Below are positions 50,885 through 60,351 of a DNA stretch of 64,000 bases, piece by piece. A program made the position numbers and the translations under genes. A model generated the notes under the pieces. It did no database searches, was not told where the DNA came from, and was given only the letters and a program-made list of their open reading frames with translations. Each line of letters starts with the position of its first letter. Positions within the stretch are counted from its first letter, which is position 1. Source of the stretch: a virus; the IMG/VR virus record IMGVR_UViG_3300021389_000005, positions 1 through 64,000 of that record; one strand, 5' to 3'.

Positions 50885-52705
50885 ATGGAAAAACTAAAAT
50901 CATTTGAGCAGTTTGCTAAGATAAAAACTGAAAGCGATCAAGCTCAACTACAAGAAGAACAAAATGCAAAAAGAGAATCTGAAGCTAATACGTTTAAGGA
51001 TCTCTTATCAGAATTTAATGTTACATCTGTAAAAGAATTATCAGAAGAACAAAAAAACGAATTCTTTACTAAATTAAGAGGTGTTGAAATGAACGAAGCA
51101 TTCTTAATCATAGAAGGAACTAGAGGACAATTTGGTAAAATAGACAAAAGAGGTAACATAGAGTCTGTGTATACACATTATGATTCATATCCTGACAACA
51201 TGCTACCGCTTATTAAGAAAACATATTTAAAGGGTGGTTCACCACTAAACATGGTTCTTAAAAATGGAGATAATTCAGGTTTAGAAGCTGATCCAAGTGG
51301 AATGAACTACTATGGAGACACTGATAATATGAAAGGTAACGTTAAAAACATTGACAGATATATTTCAACTGCAGGTGATAAAGGTGGAGCTGAATTCATT
51401 TACCTTTTTGATGAAAAATCAGGAAAGTGGTTAATGGCAGACATATATGCAGGTGATAAAGATTTAAAACCAGCATTTGAATCTGTAGAAATTAATGAAG
51501 CTATTAAAGTAGAAGGTAAGAGAGATGCTAAGAAAGTAGTAACTCAATATAATCAAATTTTGTTTTCTAAATTAAATGCAATTGGTGCATCTAACGATAA
51601 GAAGACTTTATTGGGTGCAATTAAAAAATTATTCTTAGATTCAATGGAAGATGCTAATTTCCATAGAGAAAGAGAAAAGTGTGCAGGCGCTATCAAAGGT
51701 AATATAGGATCTATTCCTGTAATAGTTGATGGTTTAGGCAAAATGTCAGTAAACATCGGATCGACAAGAATTAAAGATGCATTAGAACAAGAATATTCTA
51801 GAATTTCAAATGCAGCTGGATGGTCAGGTCAAGGTATTGCAGAAGGAACTGCATTGTTCTTAGAGCAATGTGGCTTTGCTAAAATGGGACAAGATTTACT
51901 AGATAGATTTAACTCTTTCTTTGAAGGTGAAGTAAAAGACAACTTTGAATTTAGAATGTTCGAATCTATCAAATATGCAGAGGCTGTATTAGAGGCATCA
52001 GTGGTAATGGATGCAATGGATCCTGGATCTAAAGTATTAAGAAAATTACTTAAGAAGCATAAAGTAACAATGGAAATCATTGATAACGATGGACCATCTG
52101 GATGGCCAGAAGTTGAATTAACAGGAGACAGGAAAGATCTTGAAAAGGTACTAGCATCTGAAGATGGTTGGGACGATGCAGGTTTAGCAGAATACATTGA
52201 AGAATCTAACGGAACTTATACAGCTAAAGTTAAATCTTTAAATGAAGCTAAAAAGGACTTAAAGGTTGGAGATACTGGTATCGACTATAACGACAATATT
52301 GTAGAAGTTATAGAAATTGGTAAATTTGACAAAGTAGCAAAAAGCTTTAAAAAGGAAATGAAAGCAGATGCTGAAGATTATGGATATGAAAAAGCAGCAG
52401 GTGATTTCTATCTTACTAAAAATATTGAAGCAGCTGAAGGTAATGTTGGAGATTTAGCTATTTACCCGGTAAAATACGACATGTCTCAATATTGGGGAAT
52501 AAATCCTTTAAAAGAATCAGTAGTTACTGAAGCGGAAGTTACTTCCGATGAAGAATTTAAAGAATATGCATTTTCTGTATTACAAAAAGCTTTCGGCGAC
52601 GACTTTGACGAAGCTAAAGCACAGGAAGTAGTTGATGGATTAATTTCTAAAAACTCAGGAGATTACGGTGCTATGGTTGGTGCTTTAAAATCATCACTTG
52701 GGTAA
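50885..52705 (+). CDS. Multi-module putative internal head polyprotein
   Basis: MEKLKSFEQF start; repeated MNEA/IIEG/INEA/VLEA/LNEA/VTEA sites between modules. Confidence 0.6.
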   Translation: MEKLKSFEQFAKIKTESDQAQLQEEQNAKRESEANTFKDLLSEFNVTSVKELSEEQKNEFFTKLRGVEMNEAFLIIEGTRGQFGKIDKRGNIESVYTHYDSYPDNMLPLIKKTYLKGGSPLNMVLKNGDNSGLEADPSGMNYYGDTDNMKGNVKNIDRYISTAGDKGGAEFIYLFDEKSGKWLMADIYAGDKDLKPAFESVEINEAIKVEGKRDAKKVVTQYNQILFSKLNAIGASNDKKTLLGAIKKLFLDSMEDANFHREREKCAGAIKGNIGSIPVIVDGLGKMSVNIGSTRIKDALEQEYSRISNAAGWSGQGIAEGTALFLEQCGFAKMGQDLLDRFNSFFEGEVKDNFEFRMFESIKYAEAVLEASVVMDAMDPGSKVLRKLLKKHKVTMEIIDNDGPSGWPEVELTGDRKDLEKVLASEDGWDDAGLAEYIEESNGTYTAKVKSLNEAKKDLKVGDTGIDYNDNIVEVIEIGKFDKVAKSFKKEMKADAEDYGYEKAAGDFYLTKNIEAAEGNVGDLAIYPVKYDMSQYWGINPLKESVVTEAEVTSDEEFKEYAFSVLQKAFGDDFDEAKAQEVVDGLISKNSGDYGAMVGALKSSLG

Positions 52706-52716
52706 AAACAATATAT

Positions 52717-52745
52717 AAACTAGAGAGCATAACACTCTCTAGTTT
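52717..52745 (+). terminator. Intergenic hairpin, possible terminator or RNA-stabilising stem
   Basis: AAACTAGAGAG-7nt-CTCTCTAGTTT perfect 11-bp stem immediately after AATATATA (52710). Confidence 0.55.
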
Positions 52746-52760
52746 TTACTTTCAACTATT

Positions 52761-54032
52761 ATGAAAATATATACAGACTTTAGTACATTTATAACCGAAA
52801 GGGTTCACTTACAAGAATCTAATTTAATATTAGAAGGTGGAGCAGCCGGCCACATGTCACACCCGTTTGATAACAAGTCATTGACATTCGGCGATTTTAA
52901 AAAGCTTATAGAATCTGGATTAAGTGGAGAACTTAATTTTGAAGAAGACCCTACCGAAAAAACAGATGGTCAAAATTTATTTGCAACTGTTAAAGATGGA
53001 GAAACAATGTTTGCCAGAAATAAGGGTCAAATGAAAAATCCAATAGACCTAAACGGTATTATTAAGATGTTTACTGGTCACGCTTCTAAATTAGTAGAAG
53101 AAACATATATTTTTGCAGCAAAAGATTTAGCTGACGCTTTACCAAAACTTAAGGATCAATCAATGTTTGCAAACGGATTAAATTTCGTTAACATGGAATT
53201 GATCTACTCTAAAAACCCTAACGTGATATATTATGATAGAGATGTCATTCAATTTCACAATATAGTAGAGACAGACGGAGAAGGTAATCAAACAGGAACT
53301 CAAAACTTAGCAACAGAATTAGTAGGTGCTTTAAAAGAATTAAAGAAAGATGTTCAAAACACATTTACTATAATTCCACCACAAGTATTAAAGATTGCTA
53401 AAGACGTTGACTTTGAAGCAAACAAGTCAAAATTCATTAAACAAGTAGAAGCATTAAAGAATCGTTATAAACTAACAGATGCTGACGAAGTTTCCAGATA
53501 TCACGAAATGTGGTGGAGAGAAACGATAGACACAAATTTCCCTGATCTAGAACAAAACCACAAAGAAGGTTTATTATTAAGATGGGCATATGGTGATAAG
53601 AAGACTTTAAATTTAAGATCATTAGACAAAGCTATCGGTAAAGATAAAGCTGCACTAATTAAGAAGTTTGATAAAGAAGATGTTAAAAAGAAGTATAAAG
53701 AAAACATTAGACCATTTGAAGATCTATTCTTAGAATTAGGATCAGTAATTTTGAAAAACGCAAGTAACTTTGTAGCTGCATCGCCAGACAAAGAAATGCA
53801 AAGACTGCATAATCAAATTAGAACTGAAGCTGCTAAGATTAAAAAATCAGGTGGAATTGATCAAATTAAAAAAGTAGAAGCTGAGCTTGCTAGACTAGAA
53901 AGAATCGGTGGAATAGAGTCTATTATACCAACTGAAGGTTTAGTTTTTAAATACAAAGGACATACTTACAAATTAACAGGCACTTTTGCCGCAATCAATC
54001 AATTGATGGGAATCATCAAATACGGCAGATAA
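52761..54032 (+). CDS. ATP-dependent ligase/nucleotidyltransferase-fold protein (DUF6267-like) with capsid-targeting-like N-terminus
   Basis: Motif I EKTDG, III NMELI, IIIa IQFH, IV EGLVFK, V YKL; LEGGAAGHMSHPF after a Glu site. Confidence 0.65.
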   Translation: MKIYTDFSTFITERVHLQESNLILEGGAAGHMSHPFDNKSLTFGDFKKLIESGLSGELNFEEDPTEKTDGQNLFATVKDGETMFARNKGQMKNPIDLNGIIKMFTGHASKLVEETYIFAAKDLADALPKLKDQSMFANGLNFVNMELIYSKNPNVIYYDRDVIQFHNIVETDGEGNQTGTQNLATELVGALKELKKDVQNTFTIIPPQVLKIAKDVDFEANKSKFIKQVEALKNRYKLTDADEVSRYHEMWWRETIDTNFPDLEQNHKEGLLLRWAYGDKKTLNLRSLDKAIGKDKAALIKKFDKEDVKKKYKENIRPFEDLFLELGSVILKNASNFVAASPDKEMQRLHNQIRTEAAKIKKSGGIDQIKKVEAELARLERIGGIESIIPTEGLVFKYKGHTYKLTGTFAAINQLMGIIKYGR

Positions 54033-54044
54033 AACAAAAATAAT

Positions 54045-55889
54045 ATGGCACTACAAAACCTAAAAACATATTTTGAATCTACTAATATCAATGACTTTAA
54101 TGAGTTATTGAGTAACATATGTGTTGTAACAGAAAAAGTGCAAGCATCAAGTTTTCACGTAAGAAGAGAAGAGGTTGGTAAATTTGAATTTTTTAAGAGT
54201 GGTTCAAAAATTGCAATGAATCGCGTAGATAGAACTCTCGTTAAATATTATGAAAATGCCATTAAACATTTTAACACTATTTCAGACGAAGCGTTAAATG
54301 AAATGCCAAAAGATTGGAAATTTGGATTTGATTACATGGTAGATAAGAAAACTATCGACATAGAATATGACTTATTACCAAAAAACAATTTAATACTAAC
54401 ACATATACAGGTACTTAACGCAACAGATCCTACGAGAGTTAAGAGAGTTATTAGAGATCCTAGAATTCTTGAGAAGTGGGCAACTAAACTAGAAGTACAA
54501 GAAATATCAGTTTTATTTGAAGGTCAATTAGCATTGAATCAAAAAGAAGATCTAATAGACTTATTGTCTTTAGGTGAATCAGAATTTAAAACTAAATTTG
54601 AGAAGGAATCATTTACAAGGTTAATATACAATATATTCGATAACGGTAGAAATAAATCAGCATTAAATCTAGATTTAGATAAAGATATTGATGCATTGGT
54701 AGTAAACTTCTACGAGAATAGAAATCCTAAGAGTTTTAAACTAGAAAGATTTGATAGAATTGAATCAGAGCCTAGAAAACCATCTGACATGTATCAAATA
54801 TCTATATTAGATTTAGTTGAATTTTTAACAAGTTTTGATATATCAGATATAGAATTAAAAGAAGAGGACGCAGATCTTAGATATGTAGAATTAATGTCAT
54901 CTATATTTAATGCTTACGTAGAAAAGCACGCAACTAAATATGTAGGCGCAGATTTTGATTCAGCAGATTTTGCAGAAGGTGAAAACTTTGAACTTAATAC
55001 AGCATATATCTCTAATGAGAAAACCCTCTCACTAGTACAAAACAAAGTGTTATCGGAACTTTTTAAAATAGCACTCGGTTCTTTTAGAAAAAAGAGAAGC
55101 AAAGAAACTGATATTATAAATTCAGATCTTATGTCTCAGATTAATGAAATAGTTGAAGAGATAGAAACTATCATAATGGGTAAAACAAACGAAAAAGATG
55201 TAATGGATTTTAAAAAATATCTAATTAATCAAAAACTAAATGGCGACGTAAGTCCAATAATGGAAGGATTAACTGTAGACTATCCAGATCAGGGTAAAAA
55301 GCTAGTTAATATGTTTGTTGGTAGATTTCAGCCGTTCACATTAGGACATGCTAAGGTAATAGACACTATTAGCAAACAAAACGGACATCCTGTTGTTGTA
55401 ATATTGATTAAATCAAAGACTAAGAAAAAAGAAGATGCTTTTAAAAGACCTTATGATGAGGAAACTCAATTAGCAATGCTTAATAAATTAAAGTCTAAAT
55501 ACCCAATAGAAAAAGTATACATTTTAGATAGAGCGGCAATAGATTATATGTTTAACGCAATGAGAGCCGATGGTTACGAACCGGTACTTTGGGGAACAGG
55601 AACAGATAGGCTCAAAACATATTCGTATCAAGTTGATAAACCAGAATATAGAGAATCTTTAAATTGTAGAGAAGATTTCGGTTTATTTGAAATCCCTAGA
55701 TCTGGTAAAAACATTTCAGCAACACAAGTTAGAAATGCAATGTTAGACGGTGATGAAAAGACATTTAAAAAATTAACACCTAGACCAATTCATGGTATGT
55801 ATACTGAATTGAGAACAAAATTAGAGGTTTCTATGGGTGTTGCAGAGTCAAAATTCATGACATTTGAACAGTTTGTGAAGAAAGACTAA
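54045..55889 (+). CDS. Degenerate ligase-like domain fused to a HIGH-family (cytidylyl/adenylyl) nucleotidyltransferase
   Basis: N-terminal TEKVQAS (degenerate motif I); C-terminal GRFQPFTLGH, GTDR, ISATQVRNAM. Confidence 0.7.
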   Translation: MALQNLKTYFESTNINDFNELLSNICVVTEKVQASSFHVRREEVGKFEFFKSGSKIAMNRVDRTLVKYYENAIKHFNTISDEALNEMPKDWKFGFDYMVDKKTIDIEYDLLPKNNLILTHIQVLNATDPTRVKRVIRDPRILEKWATKLEVQEISVLFEGQLALNQKEDLIDLLSLGESEFKTKFEKESFTRLIYNIFDNGRNKSALNLDLDKDIDALVVNFYENRNPKSFKLERFDRIESEPRKPSDMYQISILDLVEFLTSFDISDIELKEEDADLRYVELMSSIFNAYVEKHATKYVGADFDSADFAEGENFELNTAYISNEKTLSLVQNKVLSELFKIALGSFRKKRSKETDIINSDLMSQINEIVEEIETIIMGKTNEKDVMDFKKYLINQKLNGDVSPIMEGLTVDYPDQGKKLVNMFVGRFQPFTLGHAKVIDTISKQNGHPVVVILIKSKTKKKEDAFKRPYDEETQLAMLNKLKSKYPIEKVYILDRAAIDYMFNAMRADGYEPVLWGTGTDRLKTYSYQVDKPEYRESLNCREDFGLFEIPRSGKNISATQVRNAMLDGDEKTFKKLTPRPIHGMYTELRTKLEVSMGVAESKFMTFEQFVKKD

Positions 55890-55926
55890 TATATAGTATA
55901 AGAATATAAAATATAGAAAATTAAAA

Positions 55927-57447
55927 ATGAAAAAATTCGAAGAATTTATCGGTGAAGGTAAAATTACTCTAAAGAGAAAATATACTGAAAACCATCCAGC
56001 ACAAACTGCAGGAACCCACGCAAAAATTAGAAACAAAGTATTAGAAGCTATTGCTGACGGTACATTAACTCAAGAAGAATTTGATGCTATTTTAAAAGAA
56101 ATGTCAAACGATTCAGGAAGATGGATGAGAAGAAACGCAAAATACTTTAGTGTTTCTGAGGCAGGTGTTTCTCTTTCTAAGTTCGGACAAAGAGTATTAA
56201 CAACAATCAACATTTCTGAAGAAGTTGCAGAAGACGAAGTTGAAGAAGGAAATGCATTTGGAGATGCAGTAACTAAAGCTAAAGAAAACGGAGATAAAGA
56301 ATTCGAATTTGATGGTAAAACCTACCCAGTAAAAGAAGGTAGAGGATTTGTTGCGGCTGCTAAAAAAGCAAAAGACGCAGGTGAAAAAGAATTTGAATTT
56401 AATGGTAAAAAATATCCAGTACTTCTTAAAGAAGGTACTGATTTTGTCTATGAATCTTTTACTTCTTTTTTAGAAAACCTAAACGAGGCTTTCGGTTCAA
56501 TAAAACTATCTAAGTTATTCACAAGCACAAGAGGTAAAGTTGACAAATCTTTATCAGGCGCATTTTATGGTAAAACTAAAGTTGCTTTAGATAAAGTACA
56601 GGATGAAGATCTTATTGATACTGATCCAATGACAGCGTACAAGGCAAAACAAACAAACACTATTGTTTTTTATATCTCAGATACTGAGAAAGAAAATCCA
56701 CATGCACCATACGATACATATCAATCTAATAAACTCATTCCAGGTGGAGGTTATTTATTAGCGGTAGCAAGTGGAGGTAATGAATTTTACACTAACTCAT
56801 GGTCTAGCAGATACTCTGATAATAGGAACAGAACTTTATCAAAGTCTCCTAACAACTCAAGCGATACTATTGGTATTTCTAAGAAGTATAAAGGATGGGA
56901 CGCTACTGGACTTTACAATGTAAAGAGAATTGCAGAAGTTGCAGATAGAGCAGTTGTAATTAATATTGATTTATTACAACAAAAGTATTCTACAGCCAAC
57001 AAAAGAGATGAAAGATCAGCAGCAAAAGCAGGAGCGATTGCATTCAAATCTGATAAAGACTTCAAACAAGAAAACAAAAACAGATACACTCAAATTTTAG
57101 CTACTAAAGCAGCTGCATTACCATTAGATAAAATGGTATCAAGCGCAATTGATGAATTAGCTAAACAAATTCAAGACGGTTTAAAAGCTGGAGAGAAAAC
57201 TGAATACGGAGAAATCTATATCGGTAAAAACAAAAGAGGTTCTACTGTAAAATTAAAAGATGCTTCTTCACACATGTCATCTATTTTAGATGATTACTCA
57301 AGATACTGTGATTATATCGCAAGATCTGAAGAGTCTGAAAAGAAATACGGCACAGGTGAAAGATGGTACGAAAGAGAAGCTAAGACATATGCTAAATCTA
57401 TTAAAGATAGAATTAACAAAATCAAAACTTTTGATTACGCTTGGTAA
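55927..57447 (+). CDS. Putative internal head polyprotein with tandem ~31-aa repeats
   Basis: MKKFEEFIGE start; two EG..F..A..KAK..G.KEFEF.GK.YPV repeats; AATATATA at 55888. Confidence 0.65.
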   Translation: MKKFEEFIGEGKITLKRKYTENHPAQTAGTHAKIRNKVLEAIADGTLTQEEFDAILKEMSNDSGRWMRRNAKYFSVSEAGVSLSKFGQRVLTTINISEEVAEDEVEEGNAFGDAVTKAKENGDKEFEFDGKTYPVKEGRGFVAAAKKAKDAGEKEFEFNGKKYPVLLKEGTDFVYESFTSFLENLNEAFGSIKLSKLFTSTRGKVDKSLSGAFYGKTKVALDKVQDEDLIDTDPMTAYKAKQTNTIVFYISDTEKENPHAPYDTYQSNKLIPGGGYLLAVASGGNEFYTNSWSSRYSDNRNRTLSKSPNNSSDTIGISKKYKGWDATGLYNVKRIAEVADRAVVINIDLLQQKYSTANKRDERSAAKAGAIAFKSDKDFKQENKNRYTQILATKAAALPLDKMVSSAIDELAKQIQDGLKAGEKTEYGEIYIGKNKRGSTVKLKDASSHMSSILDDYSRYCDYIARSEESEKKYGTGERWYEREAKTYAKSIKDRINKIKTFDYAW

Positions 57448-57997
57448 ATAAACAATAAAAACAATTATGAAACATTTACAATTATTTGAAGAATTTCTAA
57501 ACGAAGCAACATTAAAAGAAGGAAGAGACGAAGCATTAGCTAATGCTATTCTTGCATACTTTTATGCAGTTGAAGGAACACCAGAAGGTGACGCTGTAAG
57601 AGCATTACCTGGAAATCCAATTAGATCTGATGAACCAGTAGGTGAACAAGGTGGTTTAGGCGGATGGGGAAAAGATGTTGTAAAAGATCTATCAGGTGCT
57701 AGAAGATGTCCTTCTGACTTCATGATGGGTAATGTTATATCAATAGCAGCAAACAACGGTAACTCATACTACTTTGATGGTGGTGAATTCGTAGAAGGTG
57801 ATAAAACTATTATTAAAGGAACTAATAAAATGAAATACAGAGAATTTATCGGCGAACTTATTAAGTTAAAGATAATCGAAACTCCAAAGTATTAATACTG
57901 ACAAATTCACTTGATTACGCTTGGTAATTAATAAATTTATACAAATAAAAATATAAAAATGAAACATTTACAATTATTTGAAGAATTTCTAAACGAA
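57431..57997 (+). repeat. Composite direct repeat flanking a gene cassette
   Basis: TTGATTACGCTTGGTAA at 57431-57447 and 57911-57927; identical 39-nt gene starts at 57467-57505 and 57959-57997. Confidence 0.9.
57467..57895 (+). CDS. Putative internal head protein
   Basis: MKHLQLFEEFLNE start, 142 aa. Confidence 0.65.
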   Translation: MKHLQLFEEFLNEATLKEGRDEALANAILAYFYAVEGTPEGDAVRALPGNPIRSDEPVGEQGGLGGWGKDVVKDLSGARRCPSDFMMGNVISIAANNGNSYYFDGGEFVEGDKTIIKGTNKMKYREFIGELIKLKIIETPKY

Positions 57998-58498
57998 AAG
58001 GCATATAGAATGACAGGTATCTATGCAGCTAAAGGCCTAGTAGGTAGAATAATGCAAGCGTTTAAACAAGAGATCAAAACGGTAAAATACGAAGGTATTA
58101 ATGTAGTAACCCAAGAAGAAGTTAATAAAGAATGGGCTAAGTTTGAAGATACTGCTAAGAAAATGATTTTAGATCAAGTAGAAAAAGGAGCAGGTGGTAT
58201 GGAAGGTGTTCTATATGTTACCGCTAATCTTTTTAATGGATTCGCTATAGATGAGGTTACTGGTTTAAATTCTGAAGAATCAGAGACGTTATACCTTGGT
58301 TATGAAGTTGTAATTAATGTAGGTTTCATGGACGATTTTAATGGCAAAAAGGTTTATAAGAAAATCGATAAAACTGGAATGATGAATTCCCCGTTAGCAG
58401 GTAAGAGGGATCTTATTTATGGTGAATATGATGCATCAGTTGGTAATAACAATCTTGAAATTAGAGAATCTGAATACATTCAGATTGACGGAAAATAA
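57959..58498 (+). CDS. Putative internal head protein
   Basis: MKHLQLFEEFLNE start, 179 aa, body unrelated to 57467. Confidence 0.65.
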   Translation: MKHLQLFEEFLNEKAYRMTGIYAAKGLVGRIMQAFKQEIKTVKYEGINVVTQEEVNKEWAKFEDTAKKMILDQVEKGAGGMEGVLYVTANLFNGFAIDEVTGLNSEESETLYLGYEVVINVGFMDDFNGKKVYKKIDKTGMMNSPLAGKRDLIYGEYDASVGNNNLEIRESEYIQIDGK

Positions 58499-58507
58499 TA
58501 TTATAAA

Positions 58508-59779
58508 ATGGCAAAGATATTTTACGTAAGAGAAAGATCTGGAGATTATGCTCAGGTTAATTTTTTTAAAACAGAAAAAGAAGCATTAAACTACGGTATA
58601 TCTGAATGGCCAGACTTCGATATGTTCGGTGACGAAGAAGACGAAGACGATTCATATGACATGGATAATGATACATGGTGGGTTGGAGACTCAATAGACT
58701 TTAAGAAAGGTATTTTATTTTCGTTTGAAGAAGGACAGGTTTATGTTCAAGGAATGGACGATGCCGCTGCAAGAGAATATGTTAAAGAAGAAGTTGGAGA
58801 ATATGGCGCTGCTATGTTCTTTGCTAGTTTCAAAAAAGGAATGTACGGTTACTTAGGTAATGGTGCAGATGGAAGAGGTTTCAAATGGGAATGGGACGGC
58901 ATAGACTTAAATGAAAGTTCTAAATCTTTGTCTAGTAACAAATCTAATATAACACACAGTAGATCTTTTAATGCTTTTATTAATGAAAAGCATGTTGCGC
59001 CTAAAGAATATGACAATACTAAAAATTGGGAAAAAGAAGGTTCTAGATATCGTTATATTCCATTTGCGGAGTTTAAATCAAGACAAGCTGCAAAACCTGA
59101 TTTTAAAACAGGTAAAATGGAAGATATTGAAGTTGAACAGTGGTTTACAAGTATAGCTGGACAATGTGATGGTAGACTTCAAGCTAAAATATTAAAGGGG
59201 TTCGATAAACACGGAAAAGATTTCAAACAATCTGGTGATAATATGGAAACATATAAAAGCTGGATCGTTGCAGCAATGGTAAGATGTGGGTTTATGGTAG
59301 AAGGAGAAATTCAAGAAGATTTAATAGAAAATATTACACCTTCTAATATGTCAGGTATGGGACCAACTGCTTTACCAACAAGTGGAGCTGATGGTTCTGG
59401 AGATGTACCTGCTGGACAAGGCGATGCTGAAGAAGAATTTAAGAAAAGAAAAAAAGAAAGAGAAGCAATGCTAAAAAACGAATCACACATAAAAAGTTTT
59501 GAAGCTTTTTCATTTGATTTTGAAGGCGTAGATATTAAAAATCCATTTACAGATGAGACTGCAAGAATGGATGTAGATCCAAAACAGTATTATGGAAAGG
59601 AATACGCTAAGTCAGATATTAAGAAGATCATTGACGCAAGCGAAGAGTTTATTAGTAAATACAATGAATGGAAGGAATATCAACCATTAGACTCAGATGA
59701 AGATATGCATGCTGATTATGGAGAATTTGTTAAAGCATCTCTAGAAAAACTAAATGTATTAGTTAAGAAATTAGGATAA
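58508..59779 (+). CDS. Multi-module putative head protein
   Basis: Internal SFNAFINE and HIKSFEAF targeting-like motifs; LNES/LIEN sites. Confidence 0.55.
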   Translation: MAKIFYVRERSGDYAQVNFFKTEKEALNYGISEWPDFDMFGDEEDEDDSYDMDNDTWWVGDSIDFKKGILFSFEEGQVYVQGMDDAAAREYVKEEVGEYGAAMFFASFKKGMYGYLGNGADGRGFKWEWDGIDLNESSKSLSSNKSNITHSRSFNAFINEKHVAPKEYDNTKNWEKEGSRYRYIPFAEFKSRQAAKPDFKTGKMEDIEVEQWFTSIAGQCDGRLQAKILKGFDKHGKDFKQSGDNMETYKSWIVAAMVRCGFMVEGEIQEDLIENITPSNMSGMGPTALPTSGADGSGDVPAGQGDAEEEFKKRKKEREAMLKNESHIKSFEAFSFDFEGVDIKNPFTDETARMDVDPKQYYGKEYAKSDIKKIIDASEEFISKYNEWKEYQPLDSDEDMHADYGEFVKASLEKLNVLVKKLG

Positions 59780-59807
59780 TTTAAGTATCATCGAATTAAA
59801 CTAAATA

Positions 59808-59834
59808 AGAGCCCACTAGATGTGGGCTTTTTTT
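59808..59834 (+). terminator. Intrinsic terminator ending the late array
   Basis: AGAGCCCAC-TAGAT-GTGGGCTTT followed by a T run. Confidence 0.85.
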
Positions 59835-59853
59835 ATGAAAAAAAGTGAGCCAG

Positions 59854-59887
59854 GATTTTTTTATGTCAAATATTTGTGGTATATTAG
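59854..59887 (+). promoter_or_regulatory. Putative early promoter, copy 1
   Basis: GATTTTTTTATGTCAAATATTTGTGGTATATTAG; 32/34 identical to 60293-60326; TATATTAG resembles the Bacteroidota -7 element TAnnTTTG. Confidence 0.7.
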
Positions 59888-59893
59888 CAGTAT

Positions 59894-60283
59894 ATGAATG
59901 AGTTAAAGTGCAAAAATATAATTGAAGAGGTCTACGATGATATAAAAAATCACTATGGCAGATCTAAGTATCAACATGAATTCCCAGAAGTTGAACTTCA
60001 CCATAACATTTATGTTAGAATAACAGGATGTGAAGAAGCTGAAGGTGATTGTGATCCAGATGCAGAATACGATAGACAAGAAAATAAAATAGTTGTATAT
60101 TACCCAAAGGCTGAAAATAAAGAATGGGTAATCTCAACACTATTGCACGAATATACACATTATTTACAGGACGGAGAAGAAATGCAAAGAATGTATGACG
60201 AAGATGGATATGAATATGACACTCATCCATTCGAGTTAGAAGCTATCGCTGCAGAAAAAAACTGGAAACTTTTTTTAAAATAA
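59894..60283 (+). CDS. Zincin-like metallopeptidase domain protein
   Basis: TLLHEYTHYLQ plus downstream HPFELEA. Confidence 0.7.
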   Translation: MNELKCKNIIEEVYDDIKNHYGRSKYQHEFPEVELHHNIYVRITGCEEAEGDCDPDAEYDRQENKIVVYYPKAENKEWVISTLLHEYTHYLQDGEEMQRMYDEDGYEYDTHPFELEAIAAEKNWKLFLK

Positions 60284-60292
60284 GTCACTCCA

Positions 60293-60326
60293 GATTTTTT
60301 TATGTCATTTATTTGTGGTATATTAG
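60293..60326 (+). promoter_or_regulatory. Putative early promoter, copy 2
   Basis: GATTTTTTTATGTCATTTATTTGTGGTATATTAG. Confidence 0.7.
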
Positions 60327-60351
60327 TAGAGTAATTAAAAGAGTAATAGAA

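Noticed and set aside
57431-60326. CRISPR-like arrays from the repeats at 57.4-58.0 kb and 59.9-60.3 kb
   Set aside because: Only two copies each, separated by whole genes; better explained as gene leaders and promoters
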